Shown: positions 44,423 to 54,368, numbered from the stretch's first letter. The stretch is 64,000 nucleotides of DNA from Patescibacteria group bacterium UBA2773 (GCA_002352465.1 DEIN01000008.1:64564-128563), one strand, 5' to 3'. Numbers and translations: made by a program. Notes: generated from the sequence alone by a model not told the origin.

Positions 44423-44986
44423 TTATAAATAATTGTCTAATTTGCCTTGGAAAAATGCCATAGAAAAAGCAGAAATCAAAGGGCTGTCAATCAGCTCGTT
44501 ATTGATAATCATTTTTTTAATTTGATTTATTGAATATTTTTCTACTTCAAAAACATCCTTATCGAGAGGATCTTGTCGAGGATTTTTCGTTTTTTTGACA
44601 TCATACGCAATAAAAACATAGGCTTTGGCTTCCGCTAAGCCATTAGCTTCGTAAAACTCTCCCAACCTTTCCCAATTGCTAGAAATCAAAGAGGCTTCTT
44701 CTTCTAGTTCTCTTTTAGCCGCGAACAAAGGATTTTCTCCATCTAATCCCCCCGAGGGTAATTCTAAAGTAATTTTATCAATGGGATAACGATGTTGTTT
44801 CACCATCCAAATATCACCGTTTTTATCAATCGGGACAACAACTGCAAAAGAAGCTCCTCTTACTACTGAATATTGGCCAGTTTTTCCGCCAGGAGTGACT
44901 ACTTCATCTTTTTCAACTCGGTAATAACCGTTATAATCATGAATTTCAATGGTTTTGACTTTTTTCCATTTTTTCATAATATCCAA
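44423..44986 (-). CDS. NUDIX hydrolase
   Basis: Nudix box GGLDGENPLFAAKRELEEEASL. Confidence 0.8.
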   Translation of the reverse strand: MDIMKKWKKVKTIEIHDYNGYYRVEKDEVVTPGGKTGQYSVVRGASFAVVVPIDKNGDIWMVKQHRYPIDKITLELPSGGLDGENPLFAAKRELEEEASLISSNWERLGEFYEANGLAEAKAYVFIAYDVKKTKNPRQDPLDKDVFEVEKYSINQIKKMIINNELIDSPLISAFSMAFFQGKLDNYL

Positions 44987-44989
44987 TTA

Positions 44990-46006
44990 TTATTGATATT
45001 GTTTTTTATAATATTCTTGGTATTCACCAGATTTTATATTTTTCCACCAAGTTTGATTGTTTTCATACCATTCGATTGTTTTCTTTAGTCCATCTTCAAA
45101 TTCTATTTCTGGTTCCCAGCCTAATTCGTTTTTAATTTTCGAAGCGTTAATTCCATATCGCAAGTCGTGCCCTTTTCGATCAGCTACGTATTCAATTTGA
45201 TCTTCTCCCTTACCCATAAATTCTAAAATTTTTCCAGTAATTTCCAGATTGGTTTTTTCACCGTCTGCTCCTAAACAATAGGTTTCGCCGATTTTTCCCT
45301 TCTCAATAATCATCATTACTCCTCGATTATGATCATCAACATAAATCCAATCTCGAACCGCTTCTCCAGTGCCATAGATTGGAATTTTTTTGCCTTCCAT
45401 TAGATTTGTAGTAAATAATGGAATAATTTTTTCGGGAAATTGATAAGGTCCGTAGTTATTAGAACAATTTGAAATTGTAATTGGTAATTGATGGGTATAG
45501 AAATAAGCTCGCACCAAATGATCAGAGGCAGCTTTAGAAGCACTGTACGGACTGCGAGGATTATAGGAGGTAAGTTCATCGAAAGGCTTATCATTCCCTC
45601 CTAGATGGCCAAATACTTCGTCAGTAGAAACATGATGAAAACGAATTTTTCCATTTTTTAAAGCCACGTCCAAAAGCACTCTCGTGCCTTCAACATTGGT
45701 TTTTATAAAATCCTTACTATCCAAAACTGATCGATCAACATGAGATTCAGCTGCGAAATGAACAATTAAATCAATTTTGTTTTCTTTGACGATTTTATCA
45801 ACCAACGCTTCATTGCAAATATCACCTTGAATAAATTTATAATTTTCATTATTTTCTATTTCTTTCAGATTTTCTAAATTCCCAGCGTAGGTCAAGGCAT
45901 CCAAATTAATAATTTTGGTTTCTGGATATTTTTTGATTATATAATGAATAAAATTTGAACCGATAAAGCCTGCCCCACCGGTCACTAAAATATTTTTATA
46001 TTTCAT
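44990..46006 (-). CDS. rmlB: dTDP-glucose 4,6-dehydratase
   Basis: VTGGAGFIGSNF, catalytic YSASKA motif; 338 aa. Confidence 0.95.
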   Translation of the reverse strand: MKYKNILVTGGAGFIGSNFIHYIIKKYPETKIINLDALTYAGNLENLKEIENNENYKFIQGDICNEALVDKIVKENKIDLIVHFAAESHVDRSVLDSKDFIKTNVEGTRVLLDVALKNGKIRFHHVSTDEVFGHLGGNDKPFDELTSYNPRSPYSASKAASDHLVRAYFYTHQLPITISNCSNNYGPYQFPEKIIPLFTTNLMEGKKIPIYGTGEAVRDWIYVDDHNRGVMMIIEKGKIGETYCLGADGEKTNLEITGKILEFMGKGEDQIEYVADRKGHDLRYGINASKIKNELGWEPEIEFEDGLKKTIEWYENNQTWWKNIKSGEYQEYYKKQYQ

Positions 46007-46007
46007 A

Positions 46008-46553
46008 TTAAAAGTTTAATTTTAAGTCCTTCAATTTTTTAAGCTGGCTGTCTTTCTCTGATAAAATTGGATTTTTAATCGGCCAGTTGATGTTTAATTC
46101 AAGATCATTCCAAATAATTCCAGAGTCACATTCTGGTGCATAAAAATCATCAACCTTATACATAAATTCAGTATTTTCTTCTAAAGTGCAAAAAGCGTGA
46201 GCAAATCCTTGCGGAACAAAAAGCATTAAACCATTTTCTGCACTCAATTCAAAACCTTGCCATTGCTTATAGGTCGAAGAATTTTTTCTTAAATCAACAA
46301 TAATGTCATAAACCTTGCCTTTTGTCACTCGAATTAATTTTGACTGAGAATGTGGCGCTTCTTGAAAATGAAGACCCCTCAAAACCCCTTTTTCAGTTGA
46401 TAATGAATGGTTGTCTTGAACAAATTCAACGTCTATACCGTTTTCTTTAAAAATCTTTTTAGAATAAGATTCCACAAAAAAACCTCTTTCATCTTTAAAA
46501 AATTTTGGTTCAATTAAAATTGCGTCTTGAAGTTTCGTTTTTTTAAATTCCAT
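46008..46553 (-). CDS. rmlC: dTDP-4-dehydrorhamnose 3,5-epimerase
   Basis: Cupin RmlC motifs ERGFFVESY, RGLHFQ; 181 aa. Confidence 0.9.
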   Translation of the reverse strand: MEFKKTKLQDAILIEPKFFKDERGFFVESYSKKIFKENGIDVEFVQDNHSLSTEKGVLRGLHFQEAPHSQSKLIRVTKGKVYDIIVDLRKNSSTYKQWQGFELSAENGLMLFVPQGFAHAFCTLEENTEFMYKVDDFYAPECDSGIIWNDLELNINWPIKNPILSEKDSQLKKLKDLKLNF

Positions 46554-46570
46554 AAATATTTTTATTAAAA

Positions 46571-48247
46571 TTATTTTAAATGATCCAACTCAACGTTTTC
46601 ATATTTAGCTAGTCTTTTGAAGGAAAAAATTTTCTTTTTAAGTAGATTAATAAAATAATCGAGTTCTTTGATTTTAAGAATTCTACTCGCTAGATAAAAC
46701 AGCACAAACCCTGCCATTAATGATAACAAAGTTTGAATCAAAACTCCAATTAAAGTGTACATATTTATCACTTGTCCAAAAACATTAAAGTCAAAAATTT
46801 CAAAGAGAAAAGCTACTAGATATTTAGTGGTTTGAATCCCGATTACCATCGCCACCGAAGCACTCATTACTTTCCAGGTTTTTTCAATTATTGATTTTTC
46901 GTTAAGATTGCCGACTTTTTTTCGAAGTACTATTAATAATAAAAACATATTAACAATGGTCGCAATTGAAAAAGCCCAAACCAAACCGATTATTTCATAT
47001 TTTTGGATTAAAACTAGAGCCAAAAACAGATTAATAGCTTCGGAAAAAAGGCCAATAAAAAACGGGGTTTTGGTGTTGTGAATGGCATAGAAAGACCTGG
47101 TAAGAAGCGGAATTAGAGTTTGAGCAAATAAAGATAAAGAAAAGATCCCTAAGGCTTGAAAAGTTAAGATAGTGTCGTGCCAATCAAAACGGCCAGAACC
47201 AAGAATTATTCGAACTAATTGAGCTCGTAAGGTAATAAAAATTATGGAAGTCGGAATTATAAAAAAAACGATTTTTTCAAAAACGGTTGAGAAATTGTCA
47301 ACAAATTCTTTTTTTCTATTTCTAGCCCAAGCACAAGACAAAGTCGGAAAAGCCACAATTGCAAACGAAACTCCAATCAAACCAAGAGGAACACTTTGAA
47401 TGTTATTGGCCAAACTAAAAATTGCCAAACTTCCCGATTCAAGAGTTGAGGCTAAAATTGTGACGATTAGGAAGTTTACCTGAACGACCGCCAAGCCCAT
47501 TGTTCGAGGAACCATAAGGATTAAAACTTTTTTTAAGTTACTGTCCTTGAAATTAAAGTCCGGTTTAAATCTAAGTCCGCACCTGACTACTTCTGGAATT
47601 TGAATCAAAAGGTGCATCAACGCTCCCAAAATAACACCATATCCCAAACCAGCAATTCCGAACATTTCAACAAAGAAAACCACTCCGATTATTATTCCAA
47701 TATTGTAAAACACTGGAGCTAATGAATAAAAAAAGAATTTTTTATGAGAGTTTAAAATTCCGCCTAAAATGCTTGAAAACCCTAGAAGCAAAGGGCTAAA
47801 TAACATTATTTTCGTTAAGCCTATAACGGCCAATTGTTTTTCAGCGCTAAATCCGAAAGTAATTAAGCTGACAAGAACAGGCACTAAAAAAAACAAAATT
47901 GTTATAACTAGAAATAAAACAATTCCTGCTAAAGATATGAATTTATTGACTAAATCCCAGGCTTCTTTTTTCCTTTTATTAGAAATTAATGAGGTAAAAA
48001 CGGGAATAAAAGCCGCCGAAAGTGCTCCAAGAATTAATAAATTAAAGATTAAATCTGGAATTTTGAAAGCGGCGTAATAAATATCAAGAGTATCTCCTGC
48101 ACCAAATTTAGAAGCTAGTATTCTATCTCTTATTAGTCCTAAAAAACGGCTGACTAGACCAAGACTGGCCACTAAAAAAGCGGCGTTTAAAATAGACTTG
48201 GAAGAATTTTCTCCTTTTTTAAAACATCCAATAATTCTTTTTATCAT
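46571..48247 (-). CDS. murJ: lipid II flippase MurJ (MviN)
   Basis: N-terminal SILNAAFLVASLGLVSRFLGLIRDRILASKFGAG...DIYYAAFKIPD MurJ signature; 14 TM. Confidence 0.85.
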   Translation of the reverse strand: MIKRIIGCFKKGENSSKSILNAAFLVASLGLVSRFLGLIRDRILASKFGAGDTLDIYYAAFKIPDLIFNLLILGALSAAFIPVFTSLISNKRKKEAWDLVNKFISLAGIVLFLVITILFFLVPVLVSLITFGFSAEKQLAVIGLTKIMLFSPLLLGFSSILGGILNSHKKFFFYSLAPVFYNIGIIIGVVFFVEMFGIAGLGYGVILGALMHLLIQIPEVVRCGLRFKPDFNFKDSNLKKVLILMVPRTMGLAVVQVNFLIVTILASTLESGSLAIFSLANNIQSVPLGLIGVSFAIVAFPTLSCAWARNRKKEFVDNFSTVFEKIVFFIIPTSIIFITLRAQLVRIILGSGRFDWHDTILTFQALGIFSLSLFAQTLIPLLTRSFYAIHNTKTPFFIGLFSEAINLFLALVLIQKYEIIGLVWAFSIATIVNMFLLLIVLRKKVGNLNEKSIIEKTWKVMSASVAMVIGIQTTKYLVAFLFEIFDFNVFGQVINMYTLIGVLIQTLLSLMAGFVLFYLASRILKIKELDYFINLLKKKIFSFKRLAKYENVELDHLK

Positions 48248-48396
48248 TTTATTTTTTTGTTATAACGCTAGATGTAAAAAAGTTTTTATTTTTGAGTATA
48301 ATTTGAGGAAAATTTAAGTACCGAGCGAGGCATATTGAATGATACGGTGAGCAAATAACGAAAAATTTGACGAAAAAGTACACCGAAAATGAAGAC

Positions 48397-48717
48397 TTAT
48401 TTAGTCAATTTTTTGCCGTAATCAAGCCACTCAATAGTTCCCATCTCTAGATTAAAAATATTTTTGTATCCCAATTGACTTAATTGCTCTGCGATAAAAT
48501 GGCTTCGGCTTCCACTGCGACAATAAAGAGCGACTTTATCAGTTTTTTTAATTTTTGATTTTTCTAATTCGTCCGAAAAATGAGTTGAAGGAAAGAGCTT
48601 AGCACCTTTGATAAATCCTTGTTGAAACTCAAAAAGCTCCCGAACATCAATGAGATGAACTTTTTTATCTTTTATTAGTTCTTCAAAATCATCAGAAGAT
48701 AATTGCTTAACCGACAT
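48397..48717 (-). CDS. rhodanese-domain sulfurtransferase
   Basis: Active-site loop YCRSGSRS; 106 aa. Confidence 0.8.
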   Translation of the reverse strand: MSVKQLSSDDFEELIKDKKVHLIDVRELFEFQQGFIKGAKLFPSTHFSDELEKSKIKKTDKVALYCRSGSRSHFIAEQLSQLGYKNIFNLEMGTIEWLDYGKKLTK

Positions 48718-48725
48718 TTTAGAAT

Positions 48726-48935
48726 TTATTTCTTAGACACTTTTAAATCTTCTATTAATTTATCCAAATCAATTCCAAATTCCTCAACCACATCAGAAAG
48801 TTTCTCAAATCGAGCAGCCGCACAACCAAGGCAAGGCAAACCATGTTTAACAAAAATCTCAGCAGAAACTGGATAATTTTCAATTGTTTCTAGAATATTT
48901 GAGTCTTTATTTAATTCAAATTTTTTATTAGACAT
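48726..48935 (-). CDS. DUF1858-like redox disulfide small protein
   Basis: HGLPCLGCAAARFEKL motif; 69 aa. Confidence 0.55.
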   Translation of the reverse strand: MSNKKFELNKDSNILETIENYPVSAEIFVKHGLPCLGCAAARFEKLSDVVEEFGIDLDKLIEDLKVSKK

Positions 48936-49109
48936 TTTATTCTATTATTTATTACGACTTCTTTGAATAAGACTTTAATTAAAAATAGTCCCTAAATACA
49001 TTCTAACACAATACTACTATTTTTCACTAAAATAATCAATTATCTATTGAAAAAATCCGCCCAGACTTTTTTTGATAAAATTTCCGGCTTTTGGCTTTGC
49101 TTCTTATTT

Positions 49110-50078
49110 TTATTTCATTAAAGCTTTTATTATAAGTTCGGTAGCTTGGTTTTCATTTAAACCACGGGTCATTAGGGTTTCTAGTTCTTTTTGGTTGATT
49201 TTTCCCACTGAAGCCTCGTGGGTGACGCGAGCTTGATCATTGGTCACCTCAACGATTGGAACGGCTTTAGCAACTGAATTTTTGCCGATTACAATCTCTT
49301 GGCAATCGATATGACCGAAAGCACCAGGAGCTTTGGCAAAAGTTTCTCCTTGCATCCAAACTTGTCCACCATTTTTGGCAGCCGCTCTCATCGTCACGAG
49401 ACTTTTGCTATTTTCTCCTTCCAAATGAATGATGTCGGTTATTCTGACTTCATCTTTTTTGTTAGTTCCAAAAACTTTGGTTCTAATTTCCGCTCTGGCA
49501 TTTTTCTTCAAAAAAGCTTCTAGGACGATTTCGACTTTTCCAACGGTCCCTTTAGTTAAATTAAAATCACTTTCAAATTGCCCGTCTTCGTCAATTTCAA
49601 TTTTCAATTTCGGTGTCACAGTTGCTCCAGATTTTTCACCGTGATAGTGTTGCTCAATATAAGAAAATTTAGCATTTTTTCCAATCTTAAAAACACCTTC
49701 CATATTGTGATGATTGTCTTTGGAATTAGGAAAAGTGCAATGCGAATGAATAACGACTTCAGAATTTTCTTCTAAAATAATTTCTGGATAAATTGCCTGG
49801 GTTTCTTTTCCTCCTTTTAACCCAAAACAAAAAAACAATGGCTCTTTGATTTTTTGATTTTTTTGAACAATAATTTTGGCTTTTACTCCACTCTCAAGTT
49901 CTTCATAAATAGCTTTAATTCCTTTCGAAAATGTTTGAATTAAAACTTCATTTCCTTCTACGAAAAATTTGTTCTTACTTTTTAGAAGCTCTCTCATTCC
50001 GCACATTTTAGCAGTTTTGATGAAAGCTTCTGGCAATTTTTTATTATTCTTTATTTGAGGTTTTTTATTAAAAAACAT
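49110..50078 (-). CDS. SufB/SufD-family Fe-S assembly protein (short, stand-alone)
   Basis: C-terminal beta-helix and THEASVGKINQKELETLMTRGLNENQATELIIKAL SufBD signature; no sufC/sufS nearby. Confidence 0.55.
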   Translation of the reverse strand: MFFNKKPQIKNNKKLPEAFIKTAKMCGMRELLKSKNKFFVEGNEVLIQTFSKGIKAIYEELESGVKAKIIVQKNQKIKEPLFFCFGLKGGKETQAIYPEIILEENSEVVIHSHCTFPNSKDNHHNMEGVFKIGKNAKFSYIEQHYHGEKSGATVTPKLKIEIDEDGQFESDFNLTKGTVGKVEIVLEAFLKKNARAEIRTKVFGTNKKDEVRITDIIHLEGENSKSLVTMRAAAKNGGQVWMQGETFAKAPGAFGHIDCQEIVIGKNSVAKAVPIVEVTNDQARVTHEASVGKINQKELETLMTRGLNENQATELIIKALMK

Positions 50079-53000
50079 TAAATTACAATATTTATTAATT
50101 TTCCTTTAATATAAATCATTTTTTTAATAGTTTGCCCTTTAAGATGTTTTTTAATTTTTTCAGATTCTTGAGCAATTTTTTTGATTTCATCTTCTTCGAC
50201 TCCGATTGAAACTGTTATTTTATTTCGAACTTTTCCATTGATTTGAATCACTAGTTCAAATTGGTCATCTTCCAAATTTTCCTCATTATAAGCTGGCCAT
50301 TTTTCAAGAAAAATTGATTTATCGTTCTTTAATTTGGTCCAAAATTCTTCAGCAATGTGAGGTGCCATTGGAGCTAAAACTAACGCCATTGTTCTTTTGA
50401 TTTTTTGAGTTTGTCCTAAATTAAAGTTCGCAGAATTTTCTCGAATCCAATTAATAAATTCCATATATCGAGCAATGGCCGTGTTGAAAGAAAGTTTTTC
50501 CAAATCCTCTCCAATCGCCTTGATAGTTTTATCAATCATCTGAGTTTTTTCTACGCCTTCTCCTGCCCCCTCTAAATCAAAAAAAGTTTGCCAAAGTTTT
50601 TTCATGAATCTCGCCATTCCGGCTGCTCCATCATCTCGCCAATCGCCACCTTGAGAAAAATCTCCCAAAAATCTGAGATAAAGCCGAACTGCATCCACTC
50701 CATATTTTTCGATCATCTCATCAGGATTAATGACATTACCTTTAGATTTGCTCATCTTGGCACCATCTTTGGTAATCAAACCGTGACCAAAAAATTTCTT
50801 GTAAGGTTCTTCAAAATCGATAAAGCCCAAGTCGTTCAAAACCATTGTGATAAACCGAGAATACAACAGATGTAAAACGGTATGTTCTTTTCCGCCAATA
50901 TAGCTGTCAACCGGCAACCATTTTTTGGCTCGGTCTTTATTGATAGCCTCGTTATCAAACTCGGTTGAAGAATATCTCAAGAAATACCAAGAAGAATCTA
51001 CAAATGGATCAGAAACGTCCGTTTCTCTTTTAGCTGGTTTACCGCAAACAGGACAAACGGTATTCACAAATTCTACGTTTTTAGCCAACGGCCCTTTGCC
51101 TTTTCCTTCTGGCAAAAAATCAATCATATCTGGCAATTCTACTGGCAAATCTTTTTCTGGCACTGGCACCGCTCCACATTTTTCGCAGTGAATGATTGGA
51201 ATTGGAGGTCCCCAATAACGTTGTCTTGAAACACACCAATCCCTGAGTTTATAGTCGATTGATTTTTCGCCTAGTTTTTTCTCTTCCAGCCATTTGATCA
51301 TTTTTTGCTTGGCTTTTTCCGTTTTTAAACCATCTAAAAATTCAGAGTTGATAGATTTTCCAATCATAGAAGAACAAATTTTTCCTTCTTTTAAGTCTTT
51401 TATAAATTCATCATACGCAATACCACTATTTTGACCTTCAAAAATAATTGGTCCACCTATGGGCTCAACAACGCATTTAATTTCAATCCCAAACTTTTTG
51501 GCGAATTCAAAATCGCGTTCGTCGTGGGCGGGAACGGCCATAATGGCGCCAGTTCCGTAGCCAGACAAAACATAGTCAGCTACCCAAATTGGGATTTCCG
51601 CTTGGTTGACTGGGTTAATAGCTTTGATTCCTTTTATTTCAACGCCAGTTTTTTCTTTTTCTTCTTCTTTCCGTTCTTGTTCAGATTTTCCTTTAGCCGT
51701 ATCAATATATTTCTGCACTTCTTCCCAATTTTTTATTTCATCTTTCATTTTTTCAATCAATTTGTGCTCTGGTGCCAAAACCATATAAGTTGCACCAAAA
51801 AGCGTATCCGGCCTGGTCGTAAAAACTTCAATTTGATTTTCTTTTTTCTCTTCCAATATCTCACTAAGAAGCTCCGGAAATTCCTCTGTTTTCATATCTT
51901 GAATAGTAAAATGTCCATGATTTTTTAAATTAATAACCTTAGCAGGAAGCTCTTTTTTGTATTCTTCTGCTCCTTGAATATGCTTTGGTATATCATCATT
52001 GGAAGTAAAAATAACGATTTTATTTTTCACATATAAATCAATATTTTTAATGATTTTACCTCCATAAAAACTAGATAAAACTTCTCTGCTTTGTTTTCCA
52101 GATTTTCCTGGAGAAACTAAAATTAATTTTTTAATTTTAGTTTTTGTTTCATTTAACCAACGAACCAAGAAAGCTCCGCCAGCAGAATGTCCAATTAAAA
52201 TAGAGTCTTCATTGATATCAATTTTGTCAAAAATCTTTTTCCAATCTGAATATTTTGGTGCCCAATCTTTAGGATATATTTCATTAGAAACTTTTATTCC
52301 TTTTTCTTTTAATTTATTATTTAGCCACAATTTCCAATGTCTTAAATTTTCTGGACCGCTCTCCTTATTCTCTGAGCCTTCTTTAGTAGAATTACTTCCA
52401 TGAACAATCACCACATTTGATATTTGATATTTTGAATTTGTTTGTTTCTTGTTTCTTGTTTCTTGTTTCTTGATTGAAATTTCAAATTTCACCCTTGCAC
52501 CTTCAGATTTTCCAATCCAGTTGCGTTGATTGATTTTGACATCTTCTGACCAGTCAATCCACTCAAGGTTTTTTAAAAGTTTTTCAGCGTAGTCAGTGAT
52601 TTTAAAAAACCATTGCTTAAGTTCTTTTTTCTCAACTTGTGACTCACAACGCTCACACTTCCCTTGAATAACTTGTTCATCAGACAAAACTGTTTTACAC
52701 CACGGACACCAATTGACCTTGGCTTTTTTTTGGTAGGCTAGACCCCTTTTAAAAAGTTGCAAAAATAGCCACTGGGTCCATTTGTAGTATTCTGGTTTAT
52801 AAGTCTCCACAGTTCTGGACCAGTCATACATATTTCCAATAGAAGACAATTGTCTATAAAAATTTTTCTCAGTTCGTTCAGAAACTGTTTTGATGTGCTC
52901 TCCGATTTTCATCGCATAATTTTCGCTATGAATTCCAAAACCGTCCAAGCCAATTGGTTCAAAAATATCAAAGCCTTGCATTTTTTTGTATCGGCCATAG

Positions 53001-53197
53001 GTGTCCACTCCAGTGAAAGTGTAAACTCCGCCGATGTGCAATCCTTCGGCGCTAGGATAAGGAAACATCATTAAATTATGAAATGGTTTTTCAGCTTTAT
53101 CTAAATCGGGTTGATAAAGTTTATCCGTTTCCCATTTATCCTTCCATTTTTTTTCGATTTTTTTGAAATTATATTCTGGAATTTTTTGCTCTGGCAT
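50078..53197 (-). CDS. leuS: leucyl-tRNA synthetase with inserted RBBP9/YdeN-type alpha/beta serine hydrolase domain and shortened CP1 editing domain
   Basis: LeuS N-terminus MFPYPSAEGLHIGG (HIGH variant), WIGKSEGARVKFE, TTRPDTLFGATY, GTGAIMAVPAHDERDF, AKMSKSKGN; insertion VVIVHGSNS...HW / IGHSAGG / TSNDDIP / NHGHF between WIGKSEG and TTRPDT. Confidence 0.9.
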   Translation of the reverse strand: MPEQKIPEYNFKKIEKKWKDKWETDKLYQPDLDKAEKPFHNLMMFPYPSAEGLHIGGVYTFTGVDTYGRYKKMQGFDIFEPIGLDGFGIHSENYAMKIGEHIKTVSERTEKNFYRQLSSIGNMYDWSRTVETYKPEYYKWTQWLFLQLFKRGLAYQKKAKVNWCPWCKTVLSDEQVIQGKCERCESQVEKKELKQWFFKITDYAEKLLKNLEWIDWSEDVKINQRNWIGKSEGARVKFEISIKKQETRNKKQTNSKYQISNVVIVHGSNSTKEGSENKESGPENLRHWKLWLNNKLKEKGIKVSNEIYPKDWAPKYSDWKKIFDKIDINEDSILIGHSAGGAFLVRWLNETKTKIKKLILVSPGKSGKQSREVLSSFYGGKIIKNIDLYVKNKIVIFTSNDDIPKHIQGAEEYKKELPAKVINLKNHGHFTIQDMKTEEFPELLSEILEEKKENQIEVFTTRPDTLFGATYMVLAPEHKLIEKMKDEIKNWEEVQKYIDTAKGKSEQERKEEEKEKTGVEIKGIKAINPVNQAEIPIWVADYVLSGYGTGAIMAVPAHDERDFEFAKKFGIEIKCVVEPIGGPIIFEGQNSGIAYDEFIKDLKEGKICSSMIGKSINSEFLDGLKTEKAKQKMIKWLEEKKLGEKSIDYKLRDWCVSRQRYWGPPIPIIHCEKCGAVPVPEKDLPVELPDMIDFLPEGKGKGPLAKNVEFVNTVCPVCGKPAKRETDVSDPFVDSSWYFLRYSSTEFDNEAINKDRAKKWLPVDSYIGGKEHTVLHLLYSRFITMVLNDLGFIDFEEPYKKFFGHGLITKDGAKMSKSKGNVINPDEMIEKYGVDAVRLYLRFLGDFSQGGDWRDDGAAGMARFMKKLWQTFFDLEGAGEGVEKTQMIDKTIKAIGEDLEKLSFNTAIARYMEFINWIRENSANFNLGQTQKIKRTMALVLAPMAPHIAEEFWTKLKNDKSIFLEKWPAYNEENLEDDQFELVIQINGKVRNKITVSIGVEEDEIKKIAQESEKIKKHLKGQTIKKMIYIKGKLINIVI

Positions 53198-53284
53198 AAG
53201 TATTTAAATTAAAATGAAGCTAATTAAACAGATAGCTTGATTTTAGCTCAATAAATATTTTTATTCAAGGTTTTTGTTTTGGCT

Positions 53285-53324
53285 TCAGGAACGTTCAATG
53301 AATGTTCATTGAACGTTCCTGAAA
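53285..53324. promoter_or_regulatory. 40-bp near-perfect palindrome (19-bp arms TTCAGGAACGTTCAATGAA, 2-nt spacer) ~90 bp upstream of leuS
   Basis: Arms are exact reverse complements; no flanking U-run in either orientation, so more likely operator/structured leader than terminator. Confidence 0.4.
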
Positions 53325-53801
53325 AAATACTGAATAAATTGATTTTTTAAAAAATTTTTAATTGACAATTGAAGAAAATTTTACTTGATTAAATGAAATT
53401 AGTGCATGCACCTTCAACATATTAAAAGAGGAGACTCTGAAGGCAAACAAGATTGAAGAATTAAGGAAAGAATGCAAAAAGACAGGGGAAGAAATTTCTA
53501 ATCAGCTAGAACAAAAAAGGATTGAAACGATTAGCTGGTATGTCATTGCCCGAGAAAAATGTCAAAAAAAATTTTCTTTAATGATGATATTACCTTTCGA
53601 TAAAAAAAACAAAAAACACTGCTTGCCCACCACTAGCAAAAAAGGATTCCGGGTCGAATATGAACATGGAAATCAACCCGAAATTGCTTCATTTTAAAAA
53701 TTTTGAAAACACTGTAAAAATAATTCGGCTTTTCAGAACATGAAAAGCCGTTTTTATTTAGAATAAATTAAAAATAAAATCGAAATTATAAAGATTATTA
53801 A

Positions 53802-54368
53802 TTACGACAAACAATCAAGATCTTTAGCATAGCTAGTAGCATAATCAAATTCCCTCCCTCTGTTTTCGGTTGGAAGATATGGACTTAATTCTTTTAAAGC
53901 TTCTTTCGCTAATTTTATCATACTACTATCATCTTCCTTTTCTTTTTTGATAACGTTAATCACAATTGTCATTATGTCTTTTGCATAACTACCCGCATAA
54001 TCAAATGATCTTTCACCTCGACTTTCTGGAAAATATTCACGAAGAGAAAGAAATATTTCTATCATAGACTTAATTTTGTTGAAATCCGCTGAATCTGTCT
54101 TTGCAGTATTAATAGAAAGATCCATAATTTCTTTTGCATAACTACCCGCATAATCAAATGATTCTTCGCCTCTATTTTTTGGTAATTTTTCATTTAGTTG
54201 CAAGAACGCTCCTAATGCCAAATCTACATCCCCTGTCTTAATGGCATTTTCCATTTCTTCTTTTAATAACCCATTTTCTTTTTCGTTTGGAATTTTTTCA
54301 ACCTTATTTTCATTCCTTTCTGAAAGCGAATCATTAGAACCTGATTTTTTAAATTCTTCAAATGACAT
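53802..54368 (-). CDS. hypothetical protein with three ~45-aa tandem repeats (RGE.SFDYAGSYAK.IM)
   Basis: Internal repeats LPKNRGEESFDYAGSYAKEIM / FPESRGERSFDYAGSYAKDIM / LPTENRGREFDYATSYAKDL. Confidence 0.45.
   Translation of the reverse strand: MSFEEFKKSGSNDSLSERNENKVEKIPNEKENGLLKEEMENAIKTGDVDLALGAFLQLNEKLPKNRGEESFDYAGSYAKEIMDLSINTAKTDSADFNKIKSMIEIFLSLREYFPESRGERSFDYAGSYAKDIMTIVINVIKKEKEDDSSMIKLAKEALKELSPYLPTENRGREFDYATSYAKDLDCLS

Noticed and set aside
53198-53800. T-box leader in front of leuS
   Set aside because: Could not find the conserved T-box sequence (AGGGUGGNACCGCG) or an antiterminator/terminator pair. Only the large palindrome is present.
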